This document shows positions 37,628 through 49,636 of a stretch of 64,000 nucleotides of DNA, piece by piece (position 1 is the first letter of the stretch; each line of letters begins with the position of its first letter). This DNA is from Gemmatimonadota bacterium (GTDB lineage Bacteria > JAAXHH01), in the NCBI GenBank assembly GCA_009837395.1, contig VXTP01000046.1, forward strand, positions 65,946-129,945, written 5' to 3'. The notes under the pieces are model-generated. The model saw nothing but the letters and a program-made list of their open reading frames with translations. It was not told the DNA's origin and searched no databases. A program made the translations under genes and the position numbers.

Positions 37628-38680
37628 CTAGTCGCTTCCACCGAAAAACCGGTCTGCTTCCAGGTTCAGCCAGTTGAGCGCGGAGCGGTACAGCAGCCTG
37701 GACTTGACGTCGTCGTCCAGGTGGCTCATGGATTCGATCATCCTGCCCGGTACCGCTTCACCCAGCGGGAAGGGATAATCCGATCCCATGGCGATGTGGT
37801 CCGGTCCGATGAGCTGGATCAGGTAATCGAGGATGCGGCTGTCGTGGACGAGGGAATCCAGGTAGAACCGGCCCAGGTAATCGCTGGGCAGCACGTCGTT
37901 GTCCACCGCGCACAGGTCGGGGCGGATCTGGAACCCGTAGTCGATCCGTCCGATGGTCGCGGGAAAGGACCCGCCGCCGTGGGCAAAGGCCACGCGCAGG
38001 TCGGGGAGGCGCTCGAGCACCCCGCCGAAGATCATGGAACAGATTGCCCGTGAGGTCTCGGCGGGCATGCCCACCAGCCAGGGCAGCCAGTACTTCTCCA
38101 TGGACTCCTGTCCCATGATGTCCCAGGGATGGATGAACACCGCCGCGCCGAGTTCAGCCGCCGCTTCGAACACCGGAAACAGGTGGGGTTCGCTCAGGTT
38201 GTTTCCGTTGATGTGGGTCCCGATCTCAATGCCGGACAGCCCCAGCTCCCGGACACACCGCTCCATTTCCCTGATGGCGAGTTCGGGCGCCTGCATGGGC
38301 ACGGTCCCCAGGCCGATGAAACGCCGGGGCCAGGTACGGACTACATCAGCGATATGGTCGTTGAGCATGCGGGACAGGTCCAGCGCGTCCGCCGGCTGCG
38401 CCCAGTAGCTGAACATCACCGGGACGGTGGAGAGGACCTGGACGTGCACACCGGCGTCGTCACATTCCCCGATCCGGGTCGGCGGGTCCCACGAGTTGGC
38501 CTGGATCTCGCGGAACTGCCTGCCGTCTATCATCATGCGCGCGCATCCCGGCCGGTAATGGTCCAGTTCGACGAACCCGCCGTACCCGTACCGCTTGTGC
38601 AGATCGGGCCAGTTCTCCGGCAGGATATGGGTGTGGATGTCGATCTTGGGTATGGGGTTGGGGCCTGAGTATTCGCACAT
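37628..38680 (-). CDS. 2-amino-3-carboxymuconate-6-semialdehyde decarboxylase (ACMSD, amidohydrolase-2 family)
   Basis: [10 protein letters not shown] metal-binding start, [19 protein letters not shown] motifs. 4-nt gap to kynU. Confidence 0.85.
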   Translation of the reverse strand: MCEYSGPNPIPKIDIHTHILPENWPDLHKRYGYGGFVELDHYRPGCARMMIDGRQFREIQANSWDPPTRIGECDDAGVHVQVLSTVPVMFSYWAQPADALDLSRMLNDHIADVVRTWPRRFIGLGTVPMQAPELAIREMERCVRELGLSGIEIGTHINGNNLSEPHLFPVFEAAAELGAAVFIHPWDIMGQESMEKYWLPWLVGMPAETSRAICSMIFGGVLERLPDLRVAFAHGGGSFPATIGRIDYGFQIRPDLCAVDNDVLPSDYLGRFYLDSLVHDSRILDYLIQLIGPDHIAMGSDYPFPLGEAVPGRMIESMSHLDDDVKSRLLYRSALNWLNLEADRFFGGSD

Positions 38681-38819
38681 GGTTCAAGGAGAGGTGCTGT
38701 GGCGGCGTCAGGACCTGCGGACCGCCTGTCCGAAGCGTTTTACGGCGACGCGTCCCGCGACCTGAAAGGGACGGACGATGCAAGATCAGGATAACGGGAA
38801 ACACCCGTTGATGTCAAGG

Positions 38820-39770
38820 TCATGATGCCCGGTGCACAGCCTGGCGATAGGGGGCCAGATCGATACCCGGGAAGGCCCGCGCGAGTAGGCCCAGGGTCTG
38901 TTCCGTGTAGTAGGAATGACCGGGCTCGGGCCAGCCGAACAACGATCGGACGCGCGTGGTCGTATCCGTTATGAAGGGTAGCATGTACTCTCGCTCGCCG
39001 TAGATGAATGGATTCGAGAATCGGGTAAACCGGTCGGCGTCGCGGCGGCACATGGAAAGGGTCCAGAAGGCCCGCTGTTTTTTCTTGTCCTGAAAGGGCT
39101 GCGCCGAATGGAGGAGATAGGACGAATAGAAGGCCGCGGTTCCCTTCGTGCCCACGGCCGGGACCGGATCCTGCAGGCCGGCCTTGCGGATGTCCCGGAC
39201 GTGGCTGACGCTCGCCATATTGCCGGTGTCCCATCCCTCGGCAAAGACCTCGGCCGCCCGTGTGTGCGACCCCGGTACGAGCAGCATCGGCGCGCCGTCG
39301 TCTTCGACGTCATGGAGATACACGCCGGAGTTGATGTAGGAGAATCGCGCAGCGTCCACGGATGGGGGAAGGACGCAGTTCGTGTTGTGGTCGACGTGGT
39401 ATCCGCTCCAGGATTCGTCGGGATACCGCTCATCCACCGGTCCGGTGCGCATGAACAGGTGGGCGTTGCAGTAACTGGGCCGGTCACCCAGGAACAGCTC
39501 GAAGAGATCGAGATAGCGGTCGTTCTCGATGAGCCGGTCGAGGGCCCTGTCGCCGACGGGAAACTGGGACCGTCCCATCACTTCGTCCTGCTTCGTGGTG
39601 AACCCGTCGCCCACGGATCTCTGTTCGCCGCGTACGAAGTCCTCGAGCCAGGACGCGTAGGACTTTCCGTAGAAGTTCCGCTCCATGGCCTCCAGCGCGG
39701 CATCCATTTCTTCGGCGCTGAAGACACCGGGAACGAGAATGTATCCGTCGCGTTGAAACTGTTCCAGCAT
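38820..39770 (-). CDS. Phytanoyl-CoA dioxygenase (PhyH) family Fe(II)/2-oxoglutarate oxygenase
   Basis: MLEQFQRDGYILVPGVFS start typical of PhyH; HxD...H facial triad candidates (HVDHN..., HSAQP). Confidence 0.7.
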   Translation of the reverse strand: MLEQFQRDGYILVPGVFSAEEMDAALEAMERNFYGKSYASWLEDFVRGEQRSVGDGFTTKQDEVMGRSQFPVGDRALDRLIENDRYLDLFELFLGDRPSYCNAHLFMRTGPVDERYPDESWSGYHVDHNTNCVLPPSVDAARFSYINSGVYLHDVEDDGAPMLLVPGSHTRAAEVFAEGWDTGNMASVSHVRDIRKAGLQDPVPAVGTKGTAAFYSSYLLHSAQPFQDKKKQRAFWTLSMCRRDADRFTRFSNPFIYGEREYMLPFITDTTTRVRSLFGWPEPGHSYYTEQTLGLLARAFPGIDLAPYRQAVHRAS

Positions 39771-39805
39771 GTCGCTCTCCCCGGATTGGTCACGATCCGC
39801 CTTCG

Positions 39806-41215
39806 TCAGGCGTTGCGTATAAGGTCGTCCCACGACGGCGCGATGCCGTCCCGCCGGCGACCGGAAATGTTCAGGGCCGGGCCGTCGGGACGGACGCCGT
39901 GCTGGACGATCACGTCGAAATAGGGTTCCCGCGTGGCTTCCAGCAGGCTCAGCAGGCGCGTCCGCATGTCCACCAGCCGGGCCGGATCCGCGTCCACCAG
40001 GTTACGCGATTCGTACGGGTCCTCCCACAGGTCGAAGAGCACTTCGTGGCCGGTCTCGTAATAGGCGTACTTCCAGCGATCTGTCACCAGTCCGCGCCAG
40101 TCCGCGTAGTCGAAGTGCACCCTCGGCGCCCCCACCATTTCGAGCAGTACTTCCCCGGGTCCGTCGAAATCCTCGTCCCTCAAGGCCGGCGAGAAGTCGG
40201 CGCCCTGCATGTGGACCGGCACGGGCACCCCGGCCAGGCCCAGGGTCGTGGGCGCCATGTCCACCAGGCTGAACAGGTCCGGCCGCGTGCCCTGCGGCTC
40301 GACGACCCCGGGGGCGTGAAAGACCGCGGGTACCCGTACGGACTCTTCGTGGGGATGCCCTTTGTCCTCCATCTGGCCATGGCTGCCCATGAAATCGCCG
40401 TGATCCGAAAAGTACACCGTGACCGTGTTGTCCCGGAAACCGTCCGTGCCATCCACCGCGTCGAGCAGGCGGCCGATGTTCCCGTCCAGGTTCTCGATCA
40501 TGGCATAGTAGACGGCCAGCCGTTCCCTCAGATCGGCTTGACCGCCGAAATTCGGGCGGGTCTTCAGGGACGCGGGATCGAAGCGCATGAAGGCATCCGG
40601 CGCTTCCAGGGGCCAGTGGGGCGGCTCCACGCTGAGGACGAGAAAGAGCGGCCGGTCCCCGTCGTAGTCCCGCAGATACGCGATGGCCATGTCGGTCAAC
40701 GCATCGGTCTGGTAACCCGGCATGCGCGTCGGATCGATGTCGCCTTCCCGGTAGTAGAATCCCTTGAACGGCGCGTTGTTCATCTCGAATCCGTACCAGT
40801 CCTGGAACCCGCCCCGGTGGATTTCCGGCGTGCGCGCCGCCCCTTCGAGGTCGTAGTAGCCCGGGTCGCTCCGTACCTCCGGGGGGATCTGGTCCCGCAC
40901 CGTCCCGCAGTGCCACTTGCCGAAATAGGCGGTATGGTAGCCGGCCTCGCGAAGCAGCGTAGCCGTACTCGGCGCCGCCGGCTTGTACACGTCGTGAAAC
41001 CCCTGCACCGGTCCGGCGTGGGCGTGGCGGCCCGAGAAAATGGTGCCCCTCGATGGCGTGCACACGGGGCAGTTGGCCCGGGCGCGCATGAAACTCACGC
41101 CCTCCGCGGCCATGCGGTCCATGTTGGGGGTCCGCAGGTTGGGATCCCCCGCGTGGCCCATGGCCTGGCCCGCGTGTTCGTCGGACAGGATGTAGATGAC
41201 GTGCGGTCGGGGCAT
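39806..41215 (-). CDS. Formylglycine-dependent sulfatase (arylsulfatase family)
   Basis: CPVCTPSRGT (C-x-P-x-R) signature near the N-terminus. No obvious signal peptide. Confidence 0.85.
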   Translation of the reverse strand: MPRPHVIYILSDEHAGQAMGHAGDPNLRTPNMDRMAAEGVSFMRARANCPVCTPSRGTIFSGRHAHAGPVQGFHDVYKPAAPSTATLLREAGYHTAYFGKWHCGTVRDQIPPEVRSDPGYYDLEGAARTPEIHRGGFQDWYGFEMNNAPFKGFYYREGDIDPTRMPGYQTDALTDMAIAYLRDYDGDRPLFLVLSVEPPHWPLEAPDAFMRFDPASLKTRPNFGGQADLRERLAVYYAMIENLDGNIGRLLDAVDGTDGFRDNTVTVYFSDHGDFMGSHGQMEDKGHPHEESVRVPAVFHAPGVVEPQGTRPDLFSLVDMAPTTLGLAGVPVPVHMQGADFSPALRDEDFDGPGEVLLEMVGAPRVHFDYADWRGLVTDRWKYAYYETGHEVLFDLWEDPYESRNLVDADPARLVDMRTRLLSLLEATREPYFDVIVQHGVRPDGPALNISGRRRDGIAPSWDDLIRNA

Positions 41216-41224
41216 GAGCCGGAT

Positions 41225-42661
41225 TTACTCCATGGCCGTCGAGCCGGCCGCCGAGTCGGCCATCGGGTCGGCCGTCGAGCCGGCCGCCGGGGTCGCCCGC
41301 TGCTGCCGCTTCCAGTAGAAATAGAAGGGTAGGCCAATGGCCAGGATGACGAGGCCCAGCAACGGACGCGTAAAGTCGCCGACCAGGGCATTGGCCAGCA
41401 CTCCCGCGGCGATCAGGAGGAACAGGACGGGGGTTACGGGATAGCCCCACACCCGGTACGGCCGGTGCAGGTCCGGTTCCTTCCTCCGCAATATCATGAG
41501 GCCGACCACCGCCAGCGTAAGGAATACGTAGGTGTAGAACATGGCGAAACTGACGATCTCGACGAAGGTGCCGGTCAGGGCGAAGACCGAAGCCCACAGT
41601 CCCTGCATCACGATGGAAACCACCGGCGTCCGGAAACGGGGGTGCACGTACTGGCACACGCGGAAGAAGATCTCGTGATTCGCCATGGCGTGATAGACCC
41701 TGGGCGCTACCATCAGCTGGGCGTTGACCGTGCCGAAAGTCGTCAGCATGATCGCCGCCGATATGGCCATCGCACCCGAGGGTCCCACCAGGGCCTGGAG
41801 GGTATCGGCCGCCGGCCGGCGGGACGCCTGGAGTTCTTCGAAGGACAGGACCGTAAGGTAGACGACGTTGGCCAGGATATAGACCGTGGCTACGATCGCC
41901 AGCGCGGCGAAAATCGCCCGCGGAATGCTCCGCGCCGGGTCCTTGATCTCGGTCGCGATGAACGTCACGAAAAACCAGCCGTTGTAGGCGAACAGCGCAC
42001 CCAGGATCGCCAGGCTCAGGCCGCCGAGGAGCGCGGTCCCCGTCTTTTCCTGCACCAGCGGGGTCCAGGCGACTTCCGTGCCCGTTGCCATGGAAAAACC
42101 GAGGAGGATGACGGCCAGGACGGCGCCGACCTTGATGAAGGCGAATACGTTCTGAACCGATCCGCCGATCTTGACGCCAAGGCAGTTGACCACGGTCAGG
42201 AAGAGGATGCATCCCACGGCCAGGTACCGCTCGGTCCAGAGGTCTTCTATGCCGAAGAGTCCGCCGGCGTACCGGGCGAATACGGTCGCCACCGCGCCCA
42301 TGGCCCCGGTGATGATGATGAAGAGAAAGGCCCAGCCGAAAAGGAAGGCGACCAGGTCCGTGTTGTAAGCCCGCCTGAGGAAGGCATAGGTGCCCCCGCT
42401 CCTCGGAATGGCCGCGCCGAGTTCCGCGTAACACAGGGCGCCCGCCAGGGCCAGTATGCCGCCGATGATCCACACGAACAGGCTGAGCGCGGGCGAACCG
42501 ACCTGCGAGGCTACCGTACTCGGTACCATGAAAATGCCCGATCCGATAATCGCGCCGATGATCACCGCCGTACCGGTCTTCGCGGTCAGTACCCGGAGCA
42601 GTCTGGGTTGACCCGCCGGCAGTATCTCCTCTACGAGTTCGTCGTCATGGGTATGGGACAT
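41225..42661 (-). CDS. APC-superfamily amino acid permease
   Basis: 12 TM segments; GSGIFMVPSTVA motif. Confidence 0.85.
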   Translation of the reverse strand: MSHTHDDELVEEILPAGQPRLLRVLTAKTGTAVIIGAIIGSGIFMVPSTVASQVGSPALSLFVWIIGGILALAGALCYAELGAAIPRSGGTYAFLRRAYNTDLVAFLFGWAFLFIIITGAMGAVATVFARYAGGLFGIEDLWTERYLAVGCILFLTVVNCLGVKIGGSVQNVFAFIKVGAVLAVILLGFSMATGTEVAWTPLVQEKTGTALLGGLSLAILGALFAYNGWFFVTFIATEIKDPARSIPRAIFAALAIVATVYILANVVYLTVLSFEELQASRRPAADTLQALVGPSGAMAISAAIMLTTFGTVNAQLMVAPRVYHAMANHEIFFRVCQYVHPRFRTPVVSIVMQGLWASVFALTGTFVEIVSFAMFYTYVFLTLAVVGLMILRRKEPDLHRPYRVWGYPVTPVLFLLIAAGVLANALVGDFTRPLLGLVILAIGLPFYFYWKRQQRATPAAGSTADPMADSAAGSTAME

Positions 42662-42703
42662 GAGCGCTCCTGTTGGATTGCGGCCTGGATGTCCATCATC
42701 CGT

Positions 42704-43699
42704 TCATTCCGGCGCGATGACCGGTGCGGCTTCAAGTCGCGAGGGGACGGGTTCGACCCCGTGAAAAGGGGTGCCGTGCTCGAACCAGGACCGCGGGGCG
42801 GCCTGTCCCCACAGGGTCTGGCGCCGGGTATCCTTCAGGTCCCAGACTCGCGCGGGATGGTCCGGGTCGACGGTGACGTAGTCTCCCGTGAACAGCTCGA
42901 TCCGGTGGCCGTCCCGGTCGAAGAGGTACAGGAAGAAGGCGTTCGAGATGCCGTGGCGCCCCGGTCCCCGCTCGAAGGCGTCGCGGTGCTCCGAACTGGC
43001 GAGGCGGTCGCAGAAATGGATGATGTCTATGGCCGTGGGCACGTAGACGCCGATGTGATGCAGGCGCGGCCCCAGCCCGTTGGTGAAGGCGATGTCGTGG
43101 ACGCCGCCTCGGCGGTGCAGCCAGGTGGCCCAGAGGTCGGAGTCCTCGTCTGCGATGTCGGCCACGGTCACCTCCGTCGGCCGAAATCCGAGCGATTCGG
43201 CGTAGAAGGCCGTCATCCCGTTCACGTCATGGGAGAACAGGTTGAAATGGTCGATGCGCTGGATGTGGGCGCCGCGGTAACGGTGGTACTCCTGCAGCAG
43301 CAGGTCCCGGCGCTCCATCTCGTGGTAGAACTCCAGGGGGATGCCGAAGGGATCGTCCACGTGCAGCGTTCGGCCCTGGGCGTACCGTTCGACGAAAGCC
43401 GTCCGGCACCCGGCGCCGTCATAGAAGGCTTCGGCCCTATCCAGGTCGGCGTCTCCGGCGACCTTGAAGGCGATGCGGTGCACGACCGGTGCGTCCGCCT
43501 TCGTCAGGATCAGCGAATGGTGGTTGCGTTCCTCCATGCCGCGCAGATAGAGCGCGTCCCCTGCGTCGTCCTCGCAGACGTACCCCAGCAGGTCGACATA
43601 GAAGTCGCGGGCGTAGTCCAGGTCCGTCACCCCCCACTCCGCGTGGCTGGCGCGGACGATGTTGAAGGGCGGGGAAGGATTCGCTGCGGGAAGGGCCAC
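42704..43699 (-). CDS. Type I extradiol ring-cleavage dioxygenase (two VOC/glyoxalase modules; catechol / homoprotocatechuate 2,3-dioxygenase-like)
   Basis: Duplicated VOC modules with His/Glu metal ligand candidates (HRIAFKV, HHIGVYV, E near the C-terminus). Confidence 0.8.
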   Translation of the reverse strand: MALPAANPSPPFNIVRASHAEWGVTDLDYARDFYVDLLGYVCEDDAGDALYLRGMEERNHHSLILTKADAPVVHRIAFKVAGDADLDRAEAFYDGAGCRTAFVERYAQGRTLHVDDPFGIPLEFYHEMERRDLLLQEYHRYRGAHIQRIDHFNLFSHDVNGMTAFYAESLGFRPTEVTVADIADEDSDLWATWLHRRGGVHDIAFTNGLGPRLHHIGVYVPTAIDIIHFCDRLASSEHRDAFERGPGRHGISNAFFLYLFDRDGHRIELFTGDYVTVDPDHPARVWDLKDTRRQTLWGQAAPRSWFEHGTPFHGVEPVPSRLEAAPVIAPE

Positions 43700-43710
43700 G
43701 ATGCGTCCTC

Positions 43711-45239
<1,529 letters not shown>

Positions 45240-45246
<7 letters not shown>

Positions 45247-45995
45247 CCGCCCTCCTTGAGACTGGCCACCACGTCGTTTTCAAGGGCGCCCAGTCCGTCC
45301 ACTTCCAGCCGGAGGCTGTCGCCCGCGTGGATGTGGGATATGCCTTCCGGCGTGCCCGTCCAGATCATGTCCCCGGGGTTCAGGGTCATGTAGGCGGTGA
45401 TGTATTCGATGAGTTCGGCGACGCCGTGGCGCAGGTCGCCGGTCCAGCCTTCCTGGCGGAGTTCCCCGTTGACGTAGGTGCGGAGACGCACGTCGGTGGG
45501 ATCGATTTCGTCCGCGGTGGTCAGGAAGGGACCGAGCGGGCCGAAGGTATCGAAGCCCTTGGCCTTGATCGGCGGCCTGAAGTAGTTGCTCACGAAGTCC
45601 CGGATCGTCAGGTCGTTGCCGATGGTGTAGCCCCCCACGTAGTCCAGGGCCTGGGCGGCCTTCACCTTCCGTGCGGGCCGGCCGATCACGGCGACGAGTT
45701 CGCATTCGTAGTGCAGGTAGTCGAATTCCGGGGGCACGACGATCTTCGCCCGGTGGCCGATGAAGGTCTGGGGCATCTTGTTGAACAGGATGGGTTCCTC
45801 GGGCAGGTCAAGGTTCAGTTCCTTCGCGTGCTCGGTGTACCCCAGCGCGACGCCGATGGCCTTGCTCGTATGGGCTACCGGCGGCAGGAACATGACGTCC
45901 TCCGGATCGTAGGCGACCGTGCCCACCATGAGCTGTCCGTTCTCGAAGACGGCCTCGAGGACCTGCCCGTTGCAGGCGAAGCGTGCTGTTTTCAT
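45240..45995 (-). CDS. Fumarylacetoacetate hydrolase (FAH)-family hydrolase/isomerase/decarboxylase (HpaG-like)
   Basis: FAH fold motifs (ECELVAVIG, metal-binding E/D, LNPGDMIWTGTPEG). Confidence 0.85.
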
Positions 45996-46035
45996 ACTTG
46001 ATCTCCGTTATGGACCATTATGCTTCACATCACCA

Positions 46036-46908
46036 TTACACCTCATACCACTGTTCCACGGCCTGCGCCAACGCTTCGGGGCGGGCAAACCGGTCTTCCA
46101 TCTCCCGGATGGCGGCTTCCACTTCCGGCGCCGACGGGACGAGGTCCCGCTGTCCTGCGGACAGGTCGTAGACCGACCGGCCTTCCGTGGACAGGAGCAT
46201 GTCCAGGTCGATCCGGCCCGCGGGCCGGTGCTTGAGCAGGGCGGAATAGGTGTCGCAATACAGGTCCGGATCGTACGCGCCCGCCCCGCATGACTGCCCG
46301 GTTTCATCGAGCAGGCCGAATCGCAAGGCCACCGCCTGCAGGTCTTCCCACAGCGCATACATGATGTCGGGCTGCGCGTCCCCTTTCTCCCGCTCGTGCA
46401 GCGGGCTGACGCTCCGTTCCTTGCGCTGTGTCTCAATGAGCCGCCTGACCCGCCGGGAGGGCGTCGGTATGGCGAAGTAGGCGGATTCCCCGTCCGAGAG
46501 CAGGGGCTCGACGGGGTCCTGTTCCCTGCGGACGAGCTCGACCAGTCGGTTGCCGATGATCGGGACCTCGCCGATGAGGATGTCCCGGTCGTCGCGGTGC
46601 GTTTCGGCCCATTGCCCGACGGCGCGCCTGGCCCACAGGCCTACGGCCTTGCGGACGCCGGCGTGTGTGATCCCGTCCTTCTCGTGATAATGTTCCTTCA
46701 CGCGGTCGTTTGTCAAGAACGGCAGCCGGCAGACGTCCCACTGGAGCAGGTGGGGACTGCGCCCGCGGCCGTGGGCCAGGATGGCCAACTGCTGCAGCAG
46801 CAGGCTCTTCCCGGTGCCCGGCAGCCCGGCCAGGAAGACCATCTTCCGGGTGTCCACCAGGCACTGAAGGGTCCGAAAGAGTCCGCTGTCTTCGGGAATC
46901 AGAAACAT
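46036..46908 (-). CDS. P-loop NTPase, kinase-like protein of unknown specificity
   Basis: Walker A FLAGLPGTGKSLL near the N-terminus; ~290 aa. Stop overlaps the start of the upstream TPP enzyme gene. Confidence 0.5.
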   Translation of the reverse strand: MFLIPEDSGLFRTLQCLVDTRKMVFLAGLPGTGKSLLLQQLAILAHGRGRSPHLLQWDVCRLPFLTNDRVKEHYHEKDGITHAGVRKAVGLWARRAVGQWAETHRDDRDILIGEVPIIGNRLVELVRREQDPVEPLLSDGESAYFAIPTPSRRVRRLIETQRKERSVSPLHEREKGDAQPDIMYALWEDLQAVALRFGLLDETGQSCGAGAYDPDLYCDTYSALLKHRPAGRIDLDMLLSTEGRSVYDLSAGQRDLVPSAPEVEAAIREMEDRFARPEALAQAVEQWYEV

Positions 46909-46931
46909 GTGCTGTGCGTGTCCTGCGGGTC

Positions 46932-48590
46932 CTACCACTGCAGGGCGTGTTCGGACCGTTCGGCCGTGCCCCTTACGCGGGCTCCCCGCTTGAAGCGGTC
47001 CACGTCCGGCATCTCGCCCACCGGGATCTCCACCAGGATGGGACCGTCTTCGGCGAATCCCGCGCGGATGGCCCGGCGCAGTTCCTTCGGGGTCTCCGCC
47101 TTGATGCCCCGGGCGCCGAAGGATTCGGCCATCCGGACAAAATCGGGGTTGTGCAGGTCGGACGCGATCACCCGGTTGCCGTACAGTTTCTGTTGCATCC
47201 GCTTTACGTTACCGTAGGCGTTGTCGTTGAAAAGGAGCGTCACCAGGCCGATGCGGTGCTGGACGGCCGTGGCCAGTTCCTGCACGCCGAACATGAACCC
47301 GCCGTCGCCCGTTACGGAGATGACGGGCTTGTCCGGGTGGGCGACCTTCACGCCGAGCGCCGTGGGGAAGCCCCATCCCAGGGTGCCCTGGTAACCGGTG
47401 GAGATGAAGGTGTAGGGCCTGTACACCGGCATGATCTGCCGGGCGGCATAGCCCACCTGGGTCAGTTCTTCCACGAAGAGGCCGTCCTCGCCCAGTTCCT
47501 CCCGGATCACCCGCAGAAAGGAGGTCTGGGGTTCCAGGAACGCGAACATCTCCTCGGTCTCCGCTTTCAGCGCGCGCATTTCGGATTCCCGGGAGGGGCG
47601 GACGCGGTTGTGCTTTTCCACCGCTTCGACCAGCATTGGCATGGCGTCTTCGGTCCGCGCCGTGATGGCGATGTCCGGCCGGGCGATACGGTCCTGGGCC
47701 CTGGCGTCCACCTCGATCCGTATGGTCGTCAGGTGCTCGTCCACGCCCCAGTAAAGCTGCGGGATCGCCAGGCGGGACCCCACGGCGAGGACGACGTCCA
47801 CCTTCGGCCAGAGCTTGTGGGCCGCGGGGTTGGGATGGCTCAGGTAGTGGCGGCTGTCGAGTACGCCGCGGCCCGTCCGGTACCCGATGACCGGCGCCTG
47901 GAGCAGTTCGGCGAGCCGCGTGATTTCCCCGGAAACGTTCATGGCCCCGCGGCCGACGAAGATCATGGGGTTTTCGGCCCGGCCCAGTTTCCGTGCGGCG
48001 GCTTCCAGCGTTTCCGTGTCCACCGGGGGATTGGACAGGGGTAGCGGGCCGGGAATGCGTGGCGCTTCGCCTTCGGACGCGAGTACGTCCCAGGGGCATT
48101 CCAGGCCCACGGGGCGCGGCCGGCCGGAATTCAGCTGCCGGATGGCCTCGGCCGTCCTCGACGGTGCCCCGGCGGTGCTGTCGATCCGGGCAGCCCACTT
48201 GGTCAGGGACCGCAGCACATCGAGCTGGCCGTTGATCTCGTGAAGCTGGCCCGTGTGCCGTCCGAGGTACTTCGTCGGGATCTCGCCCGTCAGGCAGAGC
48301 ACCTTGGCGTTGGTGGCGTAGGCCGTGGAAAGGGCGGCGGTCCCGTTGAGAAACCCCGGTCCCGGGACCACATTGTAGACGCCCGCCCGGTCCGTCGAGA
48401 GGGCGTATCCGAGCGCCATGTACGCCGCGCCCTGCTCGTGGCGCGTGTGGACGACGCGGATTTCGTCCCGATGGTCGTAGAACGCGTTGTAGAGGGCGTC
48501 GTTCTGCACGCCCGGCAGACCGAAGACGGTATCGATGCCGTGGGTGATCAGCGTGCGGACGATGGCTTCGGCGGTGGTCATCTGCTGCAT
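46932..48590 (-). CDS. Thiamine-diphosphate-dependent enzyme (acetolactate synthase / benzoylformate decarboxylase-like)
   Basis: ThDP motif GDGGFMF...NDNAYGN; three-domain ~550-aa length. Confidence 0.85.
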   Translation of the reverse strand: MQQMTTAEAIVRTLITHGIDTVFGLPGVQNDALYNAFYDHRDEIRVVHTRHEQGAAYMALGYALSTDRAGVYNVVPGPGFLNGTAALSTAYATNAKVLCLTGEIPTKYLGRHTGQLHEINGQLDVLRSLTKWAARIDSTAGAPSRTAEAIRQLNSGRPRPVGLECPWDVLASEGEAPRIPGPLPLSNPPVDTETLEAAARKLGRAENPMIFVGRGAMNVSGEITRLAELLQAPVIGYRTGRGVLDSRHYLSHPNPAAHKLWPKVDVVLAVGSRLAIPQLYWGVDEHLTTIRIEVDARAQDRIARPDIAITARTEDAMPMLVEAVEKHNRVRPSRESEMRALKAETEEMFAFLEPQTSFLRVIREELGEDGLFVEELTQVGYAARQIMPVYRPYTFISTGYQGTLGWGFPTALGVKVAHPDKPVISVTGDGGFMFGVQELATAVQHRIGLVTLLFNDNAYGNVKRMQQKLYGNRVIASDLHNPDFVRMAESFGARGIKAETPKELRRAIRAGFAEDGPILVEIPVGEMPDVDRFKRGARVRGTAERSEHALQW

Positions 48591-48624
48591 GGAGGGCGGG
48601 TTTCCGGGAAAGGTGGCAGGCCGG

Positions 48625-49596
48625 TCACAGGTCGATCCGGTACAGGGGTTCCAGGCCCTGTGCGACCCGGTCCGTGTTCTCCGCGGCCGCGGCGGCCCGC
48701 CGGCGGGAGGTGCCGTCCGTCACCCCGGCGATATGGGGCGTGACGACCACGTTGGGCAACTGGTAGACGGGCAGGGAAGGATCGGGCGGTTCCTGGGCGA
48801 AGACGTCGAGGCCGGCCCCGCCGATTTTCCCCTCGACCAGGGCGTCGTAGAGGGCCGCTTCGTCCACGAGGGCGCCGCGGGCCACGTTGATGACGCTGGC
48901 CGTCGGTTTCATGAGGCCCAGCCGCCGGCCGTCGATGACATGGCGGGTCTCGTCGTTCAAATGCAGGTGCAGGGAGAGGAAGTCGCTTTCGGCCGCGACC
49001 CGGTCGAGGTCGTCCGGCGTACCCATGAAGTCCGGCTCAATGTCGTCGAGCACCTCGGATTCGATCTCCCGGACGTCGATGCCCATGATCTTCATGCCGA
49101 AAGGCTTGGCCCGACGGGCCAAGGCCTGGCCGCTTGCGCCGAAACCCACGATGCCCAGTGTCTGGCGCTCCAGCTCGTAACCGAGCGGATCGTACATGCG
49201 GCCTTGCCGTAAATTGTCCACCGCTTCCCGGTATCGCCGCGAAACCATAATGATGAACATCATGGCCGTCTCGGCCAGGGCGACGTCGCTGAACAGTCCG
49301 GGCGTGTTGGCCGTGGGGATGCCCTTCGTCTTGATATAGGCCAGGTCGAAGTGGTCGAATCCCGTGCCCACGATCTGCCACAGCCGGCAGTCGGCCGCGG
49401 CGTCCATCATCTCCCGCGTGCCCCGGCTTCCGCCCTGGTCGATCACCACGTCCACGCCGGCGAACTGGGGCCCCAGGGGCCTGGCATCGTCGAGGTCCCG
49501 CAGTTCGTGGCGGTCACCGATGGCCTCCCGGATGTCCACGCACCACGGGCTGTAAATGGGGCGTACGGGAAGCAGCAGGACGTTCAGTCGCTTCAT
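48625..49596 (-). CDS. D-isomer-specific 2-hydroxyacid dehydrogenase (NAD-binding)
   Basis: GIVGFGASGQALARRA Rossmann motif; catalytic R, E, H (VVVTPHIAG). Confidence 0.85.
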   Translation of the reverse strand: MKRLNVLLLPVRPIYSPWCVDIREAIGDRHELRDLDDARPLGPQFAGVDVVIDQGGSRGTREMMDAAADCRLWQIVGTGFDHFDLAYIKTKGIPTANTPGLFSDVALAETAMMFIIMVSRRYREAVDNLRQGRMYDPLGYELERQTLGIVGFGASGQALARRAKPFGMKIMGIDVREIESEVLDDIEPDFMGTPDDLDRVAAESDFLSLHLHLNDETRHVIDGRRLGLMKPTASVINVARGALVDEAALYDALVEGKIGGAGLDVFAQEPPDPSLPVYQLPNVVVTPHIAGVTDGTSRRRAAAAAENTDRVAQGLEPLYRIDL

Positions 49597-49636
49597 CGAT
49601 TCTCCAGTAAACGTGATTCTCCAGCAAACGCGGGGG

